Assembly (NCBI GenBank): GCA_951406725.2
Contig: OX597834.1
Location: 41,106,001-41,170,000, forward strand
Length of the DNA: 64,000 nucleotides
Direction: 5' to 3'
Source: Octopus vulgaris
Taxonomy: Eukaryota
Below are positions 1 through 10,635 of this stretch, piece by piece. Numbering within the stretch: the first letter of the stretch is position 1; each line of letters opens with the position of its first letter. Position numbers and translations under genes: made by a program. The notes under the pieces were generated by a model. It had not been told where the DNA came from. It did no database searches and saw only the letters and a program-made list of their open reading frames with translations.

Positions 1-354
1 CACTTAGAAAAAGATTTCTACTTCCTTTGTTTAGAAACTGAAAAGTTGAGATGTTTTTAGTATTTTGTTCTACGACTTAAAAGTGAATTGGAGCTATTTT
101 AAATGTAAAATAAGTGAGATCTTGACACTATAGTACAATGCAGTCTCTATCGATTTACTTTGCTAAATACTTTCTTTTGATATTGGCTTCTTAATCTTAT
201 AACTTTTAATAGAAGACACTTTAATGTTATCTTGGCTAAAATCAAAATCTCACAGGAGCCAACCTTTACAAGATCGTTATTTTGTTATATTCTCTTTGGC
301 GATCTTTCGATATTAGTAACTTATAAACCACGTGGGTTTATTTACATTTCTGAA

Positions 355-395
<41 letters not shown>

Positions 396-1255
396 AGGAG
401 TGGCTGTGTGGTAAGTAGGTTGTTTACCAACCACACGGTTCCGGGTTCAGTCCCACTGCGTGGCACCTTAGGCAAGTGTCTTCTACTATAGCCTCGGGCC
501 GACCAAAGCCTTGTGAGTGGATTTGGTAGACAAACACAAACATACACGCACACACACATATACATATATACGACGGGCTTCTTTCAGTTTCCGTCTACCA
601 AATCCACTCACAAGGTTTTGGTCGGCCCGAGGCTATAGTAGAAGACACTTGCCCAAGGTGCCACGCTGTGGGACTGAACCCGGAACCATGTGGTTGGTAA
701 ACAAGCTACTTACCACACAGCCACTCCTGCGCCTATAATTCTGTAATTTAATTTTATGCGATTTGAAGGTCTGGAAATATGCATAGTTATCTGATATAAT
801 TTTGATGACAAATTAAAAAGGTACACTTTATCAATATAAAAATGTAATGAAATTCCCACAATTGATTCAAGTATTCTGTATATCTTATACTGTTTCTCCT
901 GTCATTTCAGAACATCAGCTGACATTCGCATTTAAAAGTTTTAGCAATTCAGATGTCTCAATAATATTTACGCTGCTTTAGATACTTAAGAATGCTATCG
1001 TACAGAACAAATATACCCATGTTTATATAAATTCATTTGTACAATTACGAGTATTTCCTGTGAACTTAGATTAACAGCAGAATTCCTCGACTCAACCGAC
1101 TGCGGCATGTGCTACTTGGCTCTTCTTTCAAATTAATCTTGGACAAATTTACAAAGTAGTTTTCAGCATATAGCGGAAGGAATAATTGTTTGGAGTATAA
1201 TATAAAAAAGAAAACAAGAAATATATCCCTATTTTGAGGGGAGAGAAGGAAAAAT

Positions 1256-2938
1256 ATGGAAAATGAATTCTGTGACAACAATGTTCAGAATAAAATAGAA
1301 CCTGAAACGAGTGATTTTCATGATGAAATACTGCAAAAAATAGGAAAGACATCATACAAAACATCCCATAAAAGTGTCGTATCTATTCACAAATGTATTC
1401 GTGTGGGAGAAAGAACATATCAATGTGATATCTGTGGTAAATCATTCCCTCGAAATGCAGATTTAACTAGTCACAAACGTATTCATACAGGAGAGAAGCC
1501 ATATCAATGTGATATTTGTGGTAAATCATTCTCTCATAATAGTACGTTAACTTATCATAAACGTATTCATACAAGAGAGAGACCATATCAATGTGATATC
1601 TGTGGTGAATCATTCTCTCGAAATGCATATTTAACTGTTCACAAACGTACTCACACAGGAGAGAAGCCATATCAATGTGATATTTGTGGTAAATCATTCT
1701 CTAGAAATGGATATTTAGGTATTCACAAACGTATTCATACAGGAGAGAAGCCATATCAATGTGATATCTGTGGTGAATCATTTTCTTGGGGAACTAACTT
1801 AATTAACCATAAACGTATACATACAGGAGAGAAACCATTCCAGTGTGATATCTGTGGCAGATCATTTTCCGATCCAGACAGCTTAACTGTACACAAGCGT
1901 ATTCACACAGGCAAAAGACCATGTCGCTGTGATATCTGTGGTAAATCTTTTTATGCACGTAGTGCCTTAACTACTCACAAACGCTTTCATACAGGAGAAA
2001 AGCCATTTAACTGTGATATCTGTGGTAAATCTTTTTCTGTAAATAGTGCCTTAACAACACACAAACGCATTCATACAGGAGAGAAGCCATATCACTGTGA
2101 TATCTGTGGTAAATCATTCTCTGAAACTGGTCATTTAACAACACACAAACGCACTCATACAGGAGAAAAGCCATATCACTGTGATATCTGTGGTAAATCT
2201 TTTTCTGCAAGTAGTGCCTTAACTATTCACAAACGCTTTCATACAGGAGAAAAACCATTCAACTGTGATATCTGTGGTAAATCATTTGCTGTAAGTAGTA
2301 CCTTAACTAGACACAAACGTATTCACATAGGAGAGAAGCCATATCACTGTGATATCTGTGGTAAAACATTCTCTTTAAGTAATAAGTTAAGAAACCATTT
2401 ACTTATCCATGCAGAAGAAGCCCCCTGTTGCTGTGATGTCTGTGGTAAATCTTTCTCTGTAACTGCTCACTTAATTTCTCACAAACGTGTTCATACAGGA
2501 GAGAAACGATATGGTTGTGATATCTGTGGTAAATCGTTCTATCGAAATGCATGTTTAACTAAACACAAACGTGTTCATACAGGAGAGAAACCATATCAGT
2601 GTGATATCTGTGGTAAATCGTTTTCTCAAAAATCTGGTTCTGTTGTTCACAGACGTGTTCATACAGGAGAGAAACCATTCAACTGTGATGTCTGTGGTAA
2701 ATCATTCTCTATAAGTGGTAACTTAAGCAAGCACAATCGTACTCACACAGGTGAGAAGCCATATCACTGTGATACATGTGGAAAGCAATTTGCTGTCTCT
2801 AGTCACTTAACTACTCACAAACGCATTCACACAGGTGAGAAGCCATATCATTGTGACATCTGTGATAAATCTTTCTCACGACATCATCATTTGTCTGCAC
2901 ACAAAAACACTCATTCAAGAGAAAAACTGTATCACTGA
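1256..2938 (+). CDS. C2H2 zinc-finger protein A, 18 tandem fingers, 560 aa, intronless CDS
   Basis: Open ORF with 18 C-x2-C-x12-H-x3-H units and mostly TGEKP linkers; short acidic N-terminus (MENEFCDN) with no recognisable KRAB/BTB/ZAD domain; polypyrimidine+CAG acceptor at 909-910 suggests a spliced 5'UTR; AATAAA at 3603-3608. Confidence 0.95.
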   Translation: MENEFCDNNVQNKIEPETSDFHDEILQKIGKTSYKTSHKSVVSIHKCIRVGERTYQCDICGKSFPRNADLTSHKRIHTGEKPYQCDICGKSFSHNSTLTYHKRIHTRERPYQCDICGESFSRNAYLTVHKRTHTGEKPYQCDICGKSFSRNGYLGIHKRIHTGEKPYQCDICGESFSWGTNLINHKRIHTGEKPFQCDICGRSFSDPDSLTVHKRIHTGKRPCRCDICGKSFYARSALTTHKRFHTGEKPFNCDICGKSFSVNSALTTHKRIHTGEKPYHCDICGKSFSETGHLTTHKRTHTGEKPYHCDICGKSFSASSALTIHKRFHTGEKPFNCDICGKSFAVSSTLTRHKRIHIGEKPYHCDICGKTFSLSNKLRNHLLIHAEEAPCCCDVCGKSFSVTAHLISHKRVHTGEKRYGCDICGKSFYRNACLTKHKRVHTGEKPYQCDICGKSFSQKSGSVVHRRVHTGEKPFNCDVCGKSFSISGNLSKHNRTHTGEKPYHCDTCGKQFAVSSHLTTHKRIHTGEKPYHCDICDKSFSRHHHLSAHKNTHSREKLYH

Positions 2939-3923
2939 TATCTATGGCAAATGATTGTCTTAAAAAGGAGAGATTTAACTATACGCAAACACATTCATAC
3001 ATAATTCATACCACTTGTATTTGTGTTAAAATCATTCTTTCACTGACATATTAACTACTCATAAATACATTTATACAAGAAAGGAAGCATACCACTGTGG
3101 TAAATGATGCTCTATTTGGAATCACTTTACTTCATGTGTTTGTATTCATTCAAGATATTTAAACAACAATTAGAGCAACAGAGGTAGTATTAATATAACC
3201 TCTGATGTGCATAAAAGCACATCTTAGCTATTGCCAGCAGCAGAGAATCACTGCTACTTCTGCCGTTCAGACTACGACTGAAAAGGTGATATGAGGCCGA
3301 AACATGATTTGGTAGTCCAGGCAGCTGAAATAGTGGTGATTGTTTGCTGCTGGCGATAGGTATGACGTGCTTTTATGCACCAAATAACCATATTAGAGTT
3401 TTTTTTGCTCTTGGTATATATAGCAGTCTTTCTGTGTTCTAATGCAATTAAGTAATGAATATTTTACTTATTTAAAGAATTTGTGTGTTGCCATAAATGT
3501 TTGTGTACTGGAAAGAAAAAACAACTGATAATTTCATTACAATTCATTTAACTCCAGAGTGATATCAACTTTGAAGAGATAGCTGAACATTATTGTGTTT
3601 TTAATAAAAAGATTCTTTCTAAATACTTGTATACATATTTTTTGAATGAAGAAAATATTCTGTTTATATATATTTGTTTCTTTATTGCCCACGAGGGGCT
3701 AAACATAGAGGGGACAAACAAGGACAGACAAACGGATTAAGTCGATTACATCGACCCCAGTGCGTATCTGGTACTTAATTTATCGACCCCGAAAGGATGA
3801 AAAGCAAAGTCGACCTCGGCGGAATTTGAACTCAGAACGCAACAACAGACGCAATACCGCTAAGCATTTCGCCCAGTGTGCTAACGTTTCTGCCAGCTCA
3901 CCGCCTTTACATACATATATATA

Positions 3924-5361
3924 GGTAGGCTAACTGGGAAGATAGTTTTTATATGTGGCAGATGCTCGGGAGCATTGACCTCCGAAAATCTGCAGAAAAC
4001 AACTTCTGTCACTTTCCAGGGGGAAAAATTAGAAGTAGTTGATAGGTTCCGTTATCTAGGTGACCAAGTCAGTAGTGGGGGTGGGTGCGCTGAGAGTGTA
4101 ACTGCTAGAATAAGAATAGCCTGGGCAAAGTTTAGGGAGCTCTTACCTCTGCTGGTGACTAAAGACCTCTCGCTCAGAGTAAAGGGCAGACTGTATGATG
4201 CATGTGTTCGAACTGCCATGCTACATGGCAGTGAAACATGGGCCGTGACTGCTGAAGACATGCGTAAGCTCATGAGGAATGAAGCCAGTTTTCTCCGATG
4301 GATGTGTAATGTCAGTGTACTTACTCGACAGAGCGTTAGTTCCCTGAGAGAAATGTTGTACCTAAGAAGCATCAGTTGCTGCGTGCAAGAGAGACGATTG
4401 CGCTGGTATGGTCATGTGGCGAGAATGGATGAAGATAGGTGTGTGAGAAAGTGCCAATCCCTAGCAGTTGAGGGAACCCGTGGAAGAGGTAGACCCAGGA
4501 AAACCTGGCACGAGGTGGTGAAGCACGACCTTCGAACGTTAGGTCTCACCATGGAAATGACTAGAGACCGAGACCTATGGAAGTATGCTGTGTGTGAGAA
4601 GACCCGGCAAGACTAGTGAAGCCATAACCCGTGGCCCCTACCTGGGACGTAGTCAGTCCACCTGTGCATACCTTCCTGCTTGTGACACTTGTGAAGACCT
4701 GTTGAGGCAAATCGAATCAAGTCAAACCAAATCAAAATAGATGAACATCAATGGAAATTGTATCCCTGTGGTACCAGTGCCAGTGGCACATAAGAAAACC
4801 ATCCGAACGGGACCGTAGCCAGTACCGCATCGACTGGCCTCCGTGCCGTGGGCACGTAACAATCACCATCCGATCGTAGCCGTTCGCCAGCCTCGTCTGG
4901 CACCTGTGTCGGTGGCACATAAGAAAAACACCGAAAACACCATATCCGAGCGTGGCCGTCTGCCAGCCTCGTCTGGCACCTGTGTCGGTGGCACATAAAA
5001 AAACACCATCCGAGCGTGGCCGTCTGCCAGCCTCGTCTGGCACCTGTGTCGGTGGCACATAAAAAAACACCATCCGAGCGTGGCCGTCTGCCAGCCTCGT
5101 CTGGCACCTGTGTCGGTGGCACATAAAAAAACACCATCCGAGCGTGGCCGTCTGCCAGCCTCGTCTGGCACCTGTGTCGGTGGCACATAAAATCACCCAC
5201 TACACTCTCGGAGTGGTTGGCGTTAGGAAGGGCATCCAGCTGTAGAAACACTGCCAGATCTGACTGGCCTGGTGTAGCCTTCGGGCTTGCCAGACCCCAG
5301 TTGAACCATCCAACCCATGCTAGCATGGAAAGCGGACGTTAAACGATGATGATGATGATGA

Positions 5362-5364
<3 letters not shown>
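3924..5364 (+). mobile_element. 5'-truncated RTE-clade LINE: RT C-terminus, 3'UTR with 64-bp minisatellite and (GAT)n tail
   Basis: ORF 3975-4616 has F.YLG, LHGSETW, RRLRWYGHV.RM and G.R.RGRPRKTW motifs typical of RTE reverse transcriptases; flanked by TA microsatellite. Confidence 0.9.
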
Positions 5365-5397
<33 letters not shown>

Positions 5398-5849
5398 CTT
5401 TATTAACCACAAGGGGCTAAACACAGAGGGGACAAACAAGGACAGACAAAGGGATTAAGTCGATTACATCGACCCCAGTGTGTAACTGGTACTTAATTTA
5501 TCAACCCCGAAAGGATGAAAGGCAAAGTCGACCTCGGAACGTAACGACAGACGAAATACGGCTACGCATTTCGCCCAGCGTGCTAATGTTTAACAGATGG
5601 GTTCATAGTTGAGAAATGTACTCTCAGAACTGATGAATACCATCACTGTGCAGTTAATATGAAAGTATTACAAAAACTATGAAAGTAAATATTCCATTTT
5701 TTTATATTAGGCTATATATATGACATTGCTACAAAATAGAATATGTTAAGGTTTGTTTTTATATTCAGTTATAATGAAAATAATTTTACATTAATCTGAT
5801 GGGTTACTCTATACTTTTGCAGAGTACAAATTCAATATTCTTAAACAAG

Positions 5850-6296
5850 AATAAATCAAATTTGATGACTGGCATCCATGCTAGTGGAGTGCTAAGAGCA
5901 CCACCCGAGAGCGTGATCATTGCCAGAGCAACTGACTGGCTTCCTTGCCAGTGGCACATAAAATGTACCATTCGAGTGTGATCGTTACCAGCGTTGCCTT
6001 ACTGGCACGTGAAAAAAACATTCAAGCGAGGTCGTTGCCAGTGCAGGTGTCACGTAAAAAACACCATTTGAGCGTGGCCGTTGCCAGTATTGCTTGATTG
6101 GCTCCTTGTGCCGGTGGCACGTAAAAGCACCCACTACACTCTCAAGAGTGGTTGGTGTTAGGAAGGACATCCAGCTGTAGAAACTCTGCCAAATCAAGAT
6201 TGGAGCCTGGTGCAGCCATCTGGTTCGCCAGTCCTCAGTCAAATCGTTCAACCCATGCCAGCATGGAAAGCGGACGTTAAACAATGATGATGATGT
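5850..6296 (+). mobile_element. RTE-family 3'UTR fragment
   Basis: Same GGTTGG(C/T)GTTAGGAAGG.CATCCAGCTGTAGAAAC...(GAT)n terminus as 3924-5364. Confidence 0.8.
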
Positions 6297-6949
6297 TGGT
6301 GGTGATGATTGATTGATTGACAGTGACTTCAGAGTTTCAACCAGGTAGGCCATCATTGGACTGCGGTGTATTGAGATTGATCTTAGCTTTATATAGTCTC
6401 TGTTGAGTTAACATCTTTCTTGGGTATGTGGGTTTGAGTGGAGTGGTAGTTAGGTTTTCCACAACACACCCAAGGAAGATTTTAACTCAACAGGGACTGT
6501 ATAAAGCCAGATCAGCTCCAATACATCTTCCACCAAAATTTCAGGTTAATTTATGATCCAAACATCAGTTTAATAATGACAGTTATTTTGAGTAAATTTT
6601 TCATTATTTTGAAAATAGAAACAAAGTTGGTATATTTTAACAGAAATATGGTAATGAAATGGTTAAGATGTCGGAGGATGTCATTGTTAATGGCTGTCTC
6701 CATTATTAGAAGTGAGTGCAGCAGGGCAATAGTTGGCATAGCTACCCTTCTTGGAATGGGGTACATTATAGCATGTTCCAAAAAATTAGAATAGATCTCC
6801 TTAGAGAGGGAGAATTTGAAGAGTTTTAGTAAATATAGGTGTGGCTGTGGGCTGCAATGTTTAAGGTGATGAAATGAAGATGCCATGGGCAAATGGCTTT
6901 GTTGATATGAAGTGACTGGAGGTAATTTTGCAATTGGTGATGGATCTGG

Positions 6950-7351
6950 GTGGCTCAGAAACCTGGACGTTATCAAAGAAGCTTGAGAGGCGGTTGGATG
7001 GAACTTACACTCGCCTCCTTATGAGAGCTCAAAATCTCTCGTGGAAGCATCATCCAACCAAAGTACAAATATATGGGAAATTACCACCTGTATCATCTCT
7101 TGTGAAAGGTAGGAGAGTCTAGTTTGCTGGACATTGTTGTAGAGCTGAAAACAAGGTAATTTCTACTCTTCTCCTCTGGAAGCTGTCTACTCGCAATACC
7201 AGAGGGCGCACACTCTCCTACTCTGATGTAATCTCCAGGGATACAGGCATCCAGCAACAGGACCTCCGTAATATTATGATGGACCGTGAAGTCTGGCGCA
7301 ACATGGTAAATTCCATTGTCTCGACCACGGTCGAACAATGATGATGATGAT
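6950..7351 (+). mobile_element. 3' end of a second RTE/RTEX-like LINE (degenerate RT C-terminus); another copy at 28131-28397 (-)
   Basis: GSETWTL...LDGTYTRLL...RRV*FAGHC...MMDREVWR...VEQ* followed by (TGA)n. Confidence 0.8.
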
Positions 7352-7693
7352 GGGTTGGAGAGGACTTAGTTTTCAAGTAGATTTACCAAATATTTGCAAT
7401 TTAGAGTTGGTTGTAAAGTAGCAAGTGGAAGCTTTCGTCATTAATTTTCTACTCCTAGAACCATTATTGTGAATTTGAGGAAAAAAGATTCTGTGAAGTT
7501 GGTGGAAAGCTTTTTGGCATGGGCCCAAAAGAATTGGTTGCATTTTGGAAGGTGGGATGACTGGAGGACATCACATTTTGTGATTCAAATCGTGACCTTA
7601 TAGATGTATTGCTGGGTAAACACCACCTAAAACAGTTGCAGGCACCGTTTTGTGGTTAAGGAGTTCCAACCATGTGGTGGTGATGGTTCAATC

Positions 7694-7925
7694 TTATTTC
7701 TTTATTGCCCACAAGGGGCTAAACAAAGACGGGACGAACAAGGACAGACAAAAGGGTTAAGTTGATTACATCGCCCCAGTGCGTAACTGGTACTTAATTT
7801 ATTGACCCCGAAAGGATGAAAGGCAAAGTCGACCTCGGCGGAATTTGAACTCAGAACGTAACGGCAGACGAAATACTGCTAAGCATTTCGCCCGGCGTGC
7901 TAACGAGTCTGCCAGTTCGCCGCCT
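7694..7925 (-). mobile_element. SINE family B with central GCCTTTCATCCTTTCGGGGTCGATAAA..AAGTACC domain (MetaSINE-like, from memory). Other copies at about 3676-3907, 5394-5590, 25315-25545, 26900-27115, 27490-27910, 51830-52330, 58930-59130 (-) and 21032-21200, 37815-38800, 43593-43800 (+)
   Basis: A-box TGGCAGA, B-box GAGTTCAAATTC, many dispersed copies. Confidence 0.85.
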
Positions 7926-7929
7926 TTCT

Positions 7930-8060
7930 GAACAAATAATTATTTCTCGTGTCATTCTGTTTACAAACACCGCATGCTTTCAATTGAGCGTCGATTTCCT
8001 GCTCGTCATTGAGCATGCGTTGTTCAGAAAACTACTTCCGATCCGAGAAGCAAGTATTAT
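7930..8060 (+). promoter_or_regulatory. Possible promoter or first non-coding exon of ZNF B
   Basis: Non-repetitive, CpG-retaining patch with GCATGCG (NRF1-like) and ACTTCCG (ETS-like) motifs about 2.3 kb upstream of the ZNF B acceptor; no direct evidence for a TSS. Confidence 0.25.
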
Positions 8061-8750
8061 TTATTAATTGAATAATTTCTCTTAATTTATTTCACGATAA
8101 AAAGAAATTTAATAAATGCTAAACTAAATAAAACTAATCGTTGAAATACCAATCCAATACAGGTTATATATAAATATACTGAATCTCCTCTATGTCTCTA
8201 TTAAATATAGATTTAGCTTCAAACACTTTCACACTCATGAATGAATGAATGAATTTTTTCAAAGGAAAAGATTCATTCATTTTTTTTTTTTTTAATTGTC
8301 ATTTGCATAAATAAGAAATTAATTAATTAGTTTTGTTTGTGTTACAATACAGGCTTAAACTAATAGTGAAACTTGCTCACGCAACGTATTGTCTCCTAAG
8401 GGCGAACTATTCACAGGTTTACTAATTACTTTACTAATTACTTTCATAATGCCCGAAACAGCTTCTTTAATTTTTCATTTTTTTCATATTTAATTTAATT
8501 CATTTCCCTTATTTTTATATTAAGGTACTAGTACCTTAGTACCTTATATCAATATCTTTTTGTATTCCTAATTTTCAAATGTGGACTTTGAAAACAGTTT
8601 TTTTCTGGATTGTTTTTATTCCAGATAAACTGGAGTCGATAGAAACTCATCTCCTATCGCTGTCCATCCCGTAAAAAACTGAAGAAGATTTATTCGAGGT
8701 ATTTTTCTTTAACATTTTTTTTTTATTCAATCGTATTTTGTTCATTTACC

Positions 8751-9092
8751 GGCGATCTTTCGTCTCTAGTAGACCTTTCCGTCGATTTCCGTAAAAAACT
8801 TCTTTTTTTTTTACGTATGGGCTTGCGGGAACTTTTGAAGTAATGAGAGCGAAAGAGACTAAGAGAAAGCGATTGTCTGTCTCCCACACCCCATGAAACA
8901 CACACACACACACATGTACATCAATGCTTTCCATGCACGGTAACTTCAAAAGAACTTCCCTCGTCATACAATCGCTTTCTCTTAGTCTCTTTCGCTCTCA
9001 TTACTTCAAAAGTTCCCGCAAGCCCATATGTAAAAAAAAAAAAATTTTTTACGGAAATCGACGGAAAGGTCTACTAGAGACGAAAGATTGCC
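8751..9092. mobile_element. Foldback MITE with ~125-bp TIRs (Mutator/hAT-like)
   Basis: Arms 8751-8876 and 8968-9092 are near-perfect reverse complements; GG...CC ends; 8-bp flanking direct repeat CATTTACC/CACTTACC. Confidence 0.8.
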
Positions 9093-9372
9093 CACTTACC
9101 AATACCACGTTTCTTTTCGTTTGATCAACCATAAAACTCGTCGCACCCTGAAAACAATTTGTTTTTGCTCTGCCAGGATTAACAGAACTTAACGATCAAC
9201 CACCGCTATCACCTCAATGTGAGCGTTAGAACTGCTAGAAATAGCAGCCATATTCCTTAAATTATGCTCTAAACCTGTGGTTCTCTAATTCGTAGAGCAA
9301 ATAGGATTGCACTTTGTGCATGAAGTCAAAATTATTATCAAGAATGGCATTTATATATTATTAAATGATATA

Positions 9373-9748
9373 GGCGCAGGAGTGGCTGTGTGGTAAGTAG
9401 CTTGTTTACCAACCACATGGTTCCGGGTTCAGTCCTACTGCGTGGCATCATGGGCAAGTGTCTTCTGCTATAGCCTCGGGCCGACCAATGCATGCCTTGT
9501 GAGTGGATTTGGTAGACGGAAACTGAAAGAAGCCTGTCGCATATATGTATATATATATATATGTGTGTGTCTGTGTTTGTCCCTCTAGCATTGCTTGACG
9601 ACCAATGCTGGTGTGTTTACGTCCCCGTCACTTAGCGGTTCGGCAAAAGAGACCGATAGAATGAGTACTGGGCATACAAAGAATAAGTCCCGACTAAAGG
9701 TGGTGCTCCAGCATGGCCGCAGTCAAATGACTGAAACAAGTAAAAGAG
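9373..9748 (+). mobile_element. tRNA-derived SINE family A (CORE-like segment, internal TA/TG microsatellite), full length. Other copies at about 392-531(+), 571-733(-), 19885-20090(-), 31607-32032(-), 35170-35708(-), 36236-36461(-), 42021-42235(-), 45829-46030(-), 59370-59660(-), 63634-64000(-)
   Basis: A-box TGGCTGTGTGG, B-box GGTTCAGTCC, many near-identical dispersed copies. Confidence 0.85.
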
Positions 9749-10635
9749 TATATAATTATCAATGAGAACCATGAGTCTGTTGTTTTGGCGAAATGAGTTT
9801 GTCTATCTTCCGTGCAGATTATGTCTTTTGTTTTTTTTAACATTTAAAGTTTATGAGTGATAAAAAGAATTTATAATAAGAATTTCAGTTTGTATTTTTC
9901 ACATTTTAAAAAACTCTGTTTTCCTTGCTCGTTGCTATCAAAGAGATAAACACATTGGCTCGAAATGAGTTATGTTGTTTTAGAGATACGCTGACCATAG
10001 AAAAGGACAGAATGGTCATTAAGTGTAGGTCTAACGAAGTCAGATCTAATCTTCAACTAAACAACATTTTGTTAATTATTCTTTACTTTAATATTCGTTA
10101 CGCAATTTGAAGGTGTAGCTGTGGTCTGCAGATATCTAGACTTCACACCAGGCTATAATGACAAAGAAAAATGAAAATGAATTAAATAGTAAAAGTACAA
10201 ACGTTCAGACAAATGTTTACGTATACAGTTTATCAATGAAAATGTCTACTACTGTTTAATCTCCACTTTCTAAATGTCCTCTATATTTTATTCTGTTTCT
10301 TTCTTATTTTCAGAATATCGGGTGACATTTACATCGAAGAATTATTTTTATTCAAATGCGTCGTCAATATTTACTAACTTTTGAAGACTAAAAGAAGATG
10401 AACAGACACATAGGCTCCTGTTTATATATTTCTCTATGAATTAGATTAACGTAATTTCTATAATGCATTTGTTGGAATGTACCTGAAATGTTTTTCCTTT
10501 CTAAACTCGAACCGGCTTGCAAAGAAGTTAACTGCATGATTAGATACAAAGATCACAGTTGATGACACTACTTCAAGCATAGAATATAAAAACGAAGACA
10601 GAAATTATTGTATATTGTGGTGAAAAAGAAAAATT

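Noticed and set aside
3975-4616. 213-aa ORF as a host gene
   Set aside because: It is the C-terminal part of an RTE reverse transcriptase in a 5'-truncated LINE and has no ATG start.
4865-5191. CRISPR-like array
   Set aside because: Units are contiguous near-identical tandem repeats without unique spacers, in a eukaryotic LINE with no cas genes.
4732-5326. Overlapping repetitive ORFs (CHRHRCQ, VPPTQVPD), also near 12458, 46382, 57862 and 62952
   Set aside because: Translations of the RTE 3'UTR minisatellite.
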